Assembly (NCBI GenBank): GCA_016927495.1
Contig: JAFGMP010000236.1
Coordinates: 1 to 15,584, forward strand
From: Candidatus Latescibacterota bacterium
Lineage (GTDB): Bacteria > Latescibacterota > Latescibacteria > Latescibacterales > Latescibacteraceae
DNA: 15,584 nucleotides
Reading direction: 5' to 3'
The notes under the pieces are model-generated. The model was not told the DNA's origin. It saw only the letters and a program-made list of their open reading frames with translations, and ran no database searches. Shown here piece after piece: positions 14,217-15,584 of this stretch. Numbering within the stretch: the first letter of the stretch is position 1; each line of letters opens with the position of its first letter. Position numbers and translations under genes: made by a program.

Positions 14217-14945
14217 TTAATCTTTTATTATCTCGACATCTTTGCCGCAGCCAATATCCGCGACATTTCCCTCGTCCGTATCAAGATGTACTTCGAGCCG
14301 TACATTATCGGATACCCGCACCACCATATTTTCAAACGTTACCGCATTAGGCCCTCCAACCCTGAGCTTAACTTTATCTCCATTTTTCAGCCCGAAATAT
14401 GCTGCCTCTTTTGGATTCATGTGAACATGCCTCATGGCACGGATACAACCCTCGTCAAGTTCGACAACACCTTTTGGGCCAATTATTGTTATAGGCGCAG
14501 AACCCTTTATATCACCGGAAATTCTTAATGGTGCATCGATACCTAGAAAAATAGCATCAGTTTTGGCCAGTTCAACCTGAGTTCTATCTCTCAAAGGCCC
14601 GAGAATCCTTACTTTTTCAAGAAGCCTCGTTTTGGGTCCGATTAGCGCCACTGTCTGTTTCTCAGCATGAGTGCCGGGTTGATATAATTCCCGTAAATGA
14701 TCGAGTTCAGCACCGGGACCGAATAGTTTTTCAAGATGTTCTTTGCAGAGATGTACATGACGAACCGAAACTCCAACCGGTATTCTTTTCGGATTAATCG
14801 AATCATATACAACATTTTCCGTTTCTTTTTTTTCCGGTTCTTTTGATGGTACCGTTAGGTTAATTCGTTCAAATACTTCCCGAACAATCCGATTGAGTAT
14901 ATCCTGGTCAATCGAAGGTGTCCGGCTTACATTTGTGTTATTCAT
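14217..14945 (-). CDS. pduL: PduL-type phosphotransacylase (Pfam06130) with N-terminal encapsulation peptide
   Basis: Two PduL repeats with His-rich metal sites are present (IPVGVSVRHVHL and IRAMRHVHMN). The N-terminal amphipathic helix DQDILNRIVREVFERI plus a linker precedes the catalytic domain, as in encapsulated PduL. Confidence 0.85.
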   Translation of the reverse strand: MNNTNVSRTPSIDQDILNRIVREVFERINLTVPSKEPEKKETENVVYDSINPKRIPVGVSVRHVHLCKEHLEKLFGPGAELDHLRELYQPGTHAEKQTVALIGPKTRLLEKVRILGPLRDRTQVELAKTDAIFLGIDAPLRISGDIKGSAPITIIGPKGVVELDEGCIRAMRHVHMNPKEAAYFGLKNGDKVKLRVGGPNAVTFENMVVRVSDNVRLEVHLDTDEGNVADIGCGKDVEIIKD

Positions 14946-15255
14946 ACTTTCTAACCTTTGAATTGAGCGAGATAGTATTTCATGATTTATCGAAAATATG
15001 CTCTACAGTGAAATAATCCACTTGAAATTCTCGTGAGTTTTCTGTCGAATTACTTAACCAATGTCTAATATATGGTATTGCCTGAAATTTTACAATAAAT
15101 AAGGATGCAAAAATTTAAAAAAATATAACTATATTTACTGGACAGAGATAAAGAAAGAGTCTATTATATACAAAACGCAATGGGAAATTACTCTTGCAGT
15201 AAAATTAATTTGTATTATTATATATAATGTTATTCTACTATAATGGGTGCAAAAT
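14946..15255. promoter_or_regulatory. AT-rich divergent intergenic region upstream of the BMC operon (minus) and of a secreted-protein gene (plus); probable operon promoter/regulatory region; TATAAT at 15223-15228 on plus strand
   Basis: The 310-nt non-coding spacer is more than 70% AT. It lies directly upstream of the first BMC gene (pduL). No specific operator was recognised. Confidence 0.25.
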
Positions 15256-15584
15256 ATGAGACATGTGCGTAAAAAAATTATTAAAATTACTTTCAGCAGG
15301 GTTTTATTTAACATATTCATACTTTTTTTTACATTTTTTTTCCTGGCTGAAAAGTCAGTCGCTCAACAGGATACAATCAGCATATTTGAACTGACCGGCA
15401 ACAATACAGATATATTCTCAAAAGAATGGAATCATATTCTGCCGGAAAATCAAAAGGCATATACAAACTATACCATCGAAAAAAATAATAATGAATTATA
15501 TCTTAAACTACGTTCCGGCGGTACCGGTTCACTGCTTGAAAAAAAAGTCGACAACATCAATGTCGCAAAATTTCCCATAATGGA
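15256..15584 (+). CDS. Partial CDS (5' end), secreted/exported protein with N-terminal signal peptide; continues beyond window
   Basis: ATG at 15256. The open frame runs to the window end with no stop. MRHVRKKIIKITFSRVLFNIFILFFTFFFLAEKSVAQQ has a Lys-rich n-region, a hydrophobic core and an AxA-like cleavage site. It is absent from the ORF track because it is incomplete. Confidence 0.45.
   Translation, partial: MRHVRKKIIKITFSRVLFNIFILFFTFFFLAEKSVAQQDTISIFELTGNNTDIFSKEWNHILPENQKAYTNYTIEKNNNELYLKLRSGGTGSLLEKKVDNINVAKFPIM

Noticed and set aside
5630-14945. Possibility that this is a Pdu (1,2-propanediol) or Eut (ethanolamine) BMC because of pduL/pduS/pduT/AldDH homologs
   Set aside because: No diol dehydratase (PduCDE), reactivase, EutBC ammonia lyase, corrinoid adenosyltransferase or glycyl-radical enzyme is encoded anywhere in the 9.3-kb operon. 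The only candidate signature enzymes are the class II aldolase and the RpiB-like protein.
15135-15320. 61-aa minus-strand ORF in the AT-rich region upstream of the operon
   Set aside because: It lies in the promoter region and overlaps the start of the better-supported plus-strand signal-peptide gene. Its I/L/F-rich sequence is a product of AT-rich DNA.
1-15584. CRISPR arrays, tRNA/rRNA genes, insertion sequences / transposases, integrases
   Set aside because: No regularly spaced direct repeats, tRNA-like cloverleaf segments, terminal inverted repeats or DDE/tyrosine-recombinase-like ORFs were seen. The locus looks like native operon architecture rather than a mobile island.

Overview
The window holds two functional blocks on the minus strand, separated by a small plus-strand island.

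- **Block 1 (16-3822, minus):** a four-gene type IV pilus minor-pilin operon, with FimT/GspH-like, PilV-like, PilW-like and a 660-aa PilX-like protein. All four carry prepilin-type N-termini.
- **Island (3823-5545, plus):** a divergent AT-rich promoter region, a pfkB/ribokinase-family sugar kinase (4191-5102), and a 41-aa highly basic small ORF (5311-5436) that has its own promoter and SD. The ORF is followed by a strong hairpin plus T8 intrinsic terminator (5512-5545).
- **Block 2 (5630-14945, minus):** a complete, tightly packed, partly translationally coupled 13-gene bacterial microcompartment (BMC) operon. Read 5'->3' on the minus strand it encodes:
  - PduL-type phosphotransacylase
  - BMC-H shell protein
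  - BMC-H with a Lys/Pro-rich C-terminal tail
  - BMC-P (first of three)
  - PduS-like flavo-Fe-S oxidoreductase
  - PduT-like BMC-T with the conserved pore Cys
  - BMC-P (second)
  - an RpiB/LacAB-like sugar-phosphate isomerase domain with an N-terminal encapsulation peptide (EP), a linker and an unassigned middle module
  - BMC-P (third)
  - acetate kinase
  - an AraD/FucA-type class II aldolase with a CxxCxxCx5C cysteine cluster and a C-terminal EP
  - BMC-H
  - a CoA-acylating aldehyde dehydrogenase with an N-terminal EP

There is no B12-dependent dehydratase, no ammonia lyase and no glycyl-radical enzyme, so the signature enzyme is the class II aldolase. This matches an aldolase-type sugar(-phosphate) metabolosome of the PVM/PVM-like/SPU kind, which cleaves a sugar phosphate to DHAP plus an aldehyde and turns the aldehyde into acyl-CoA, acyl-phosphate and ATP.

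What looks unusual is the combination: a class II aldolase, an EP-tagged RpiB-like domain, a PduS/PduT redox pair, and no alcohol dehydrogenase in the window. The flanking pfkB kinase is the obvious candidate for the activating phosphorylation.

A partial secreted-protein gene begins at 15256 (plus) and runs off the window. No tRNA, rRNA, CRISPR or transposase was recognised. The organism is unknown. The PVM-like gene content hints at a PVC-superphylum-like source, but that is a guess.
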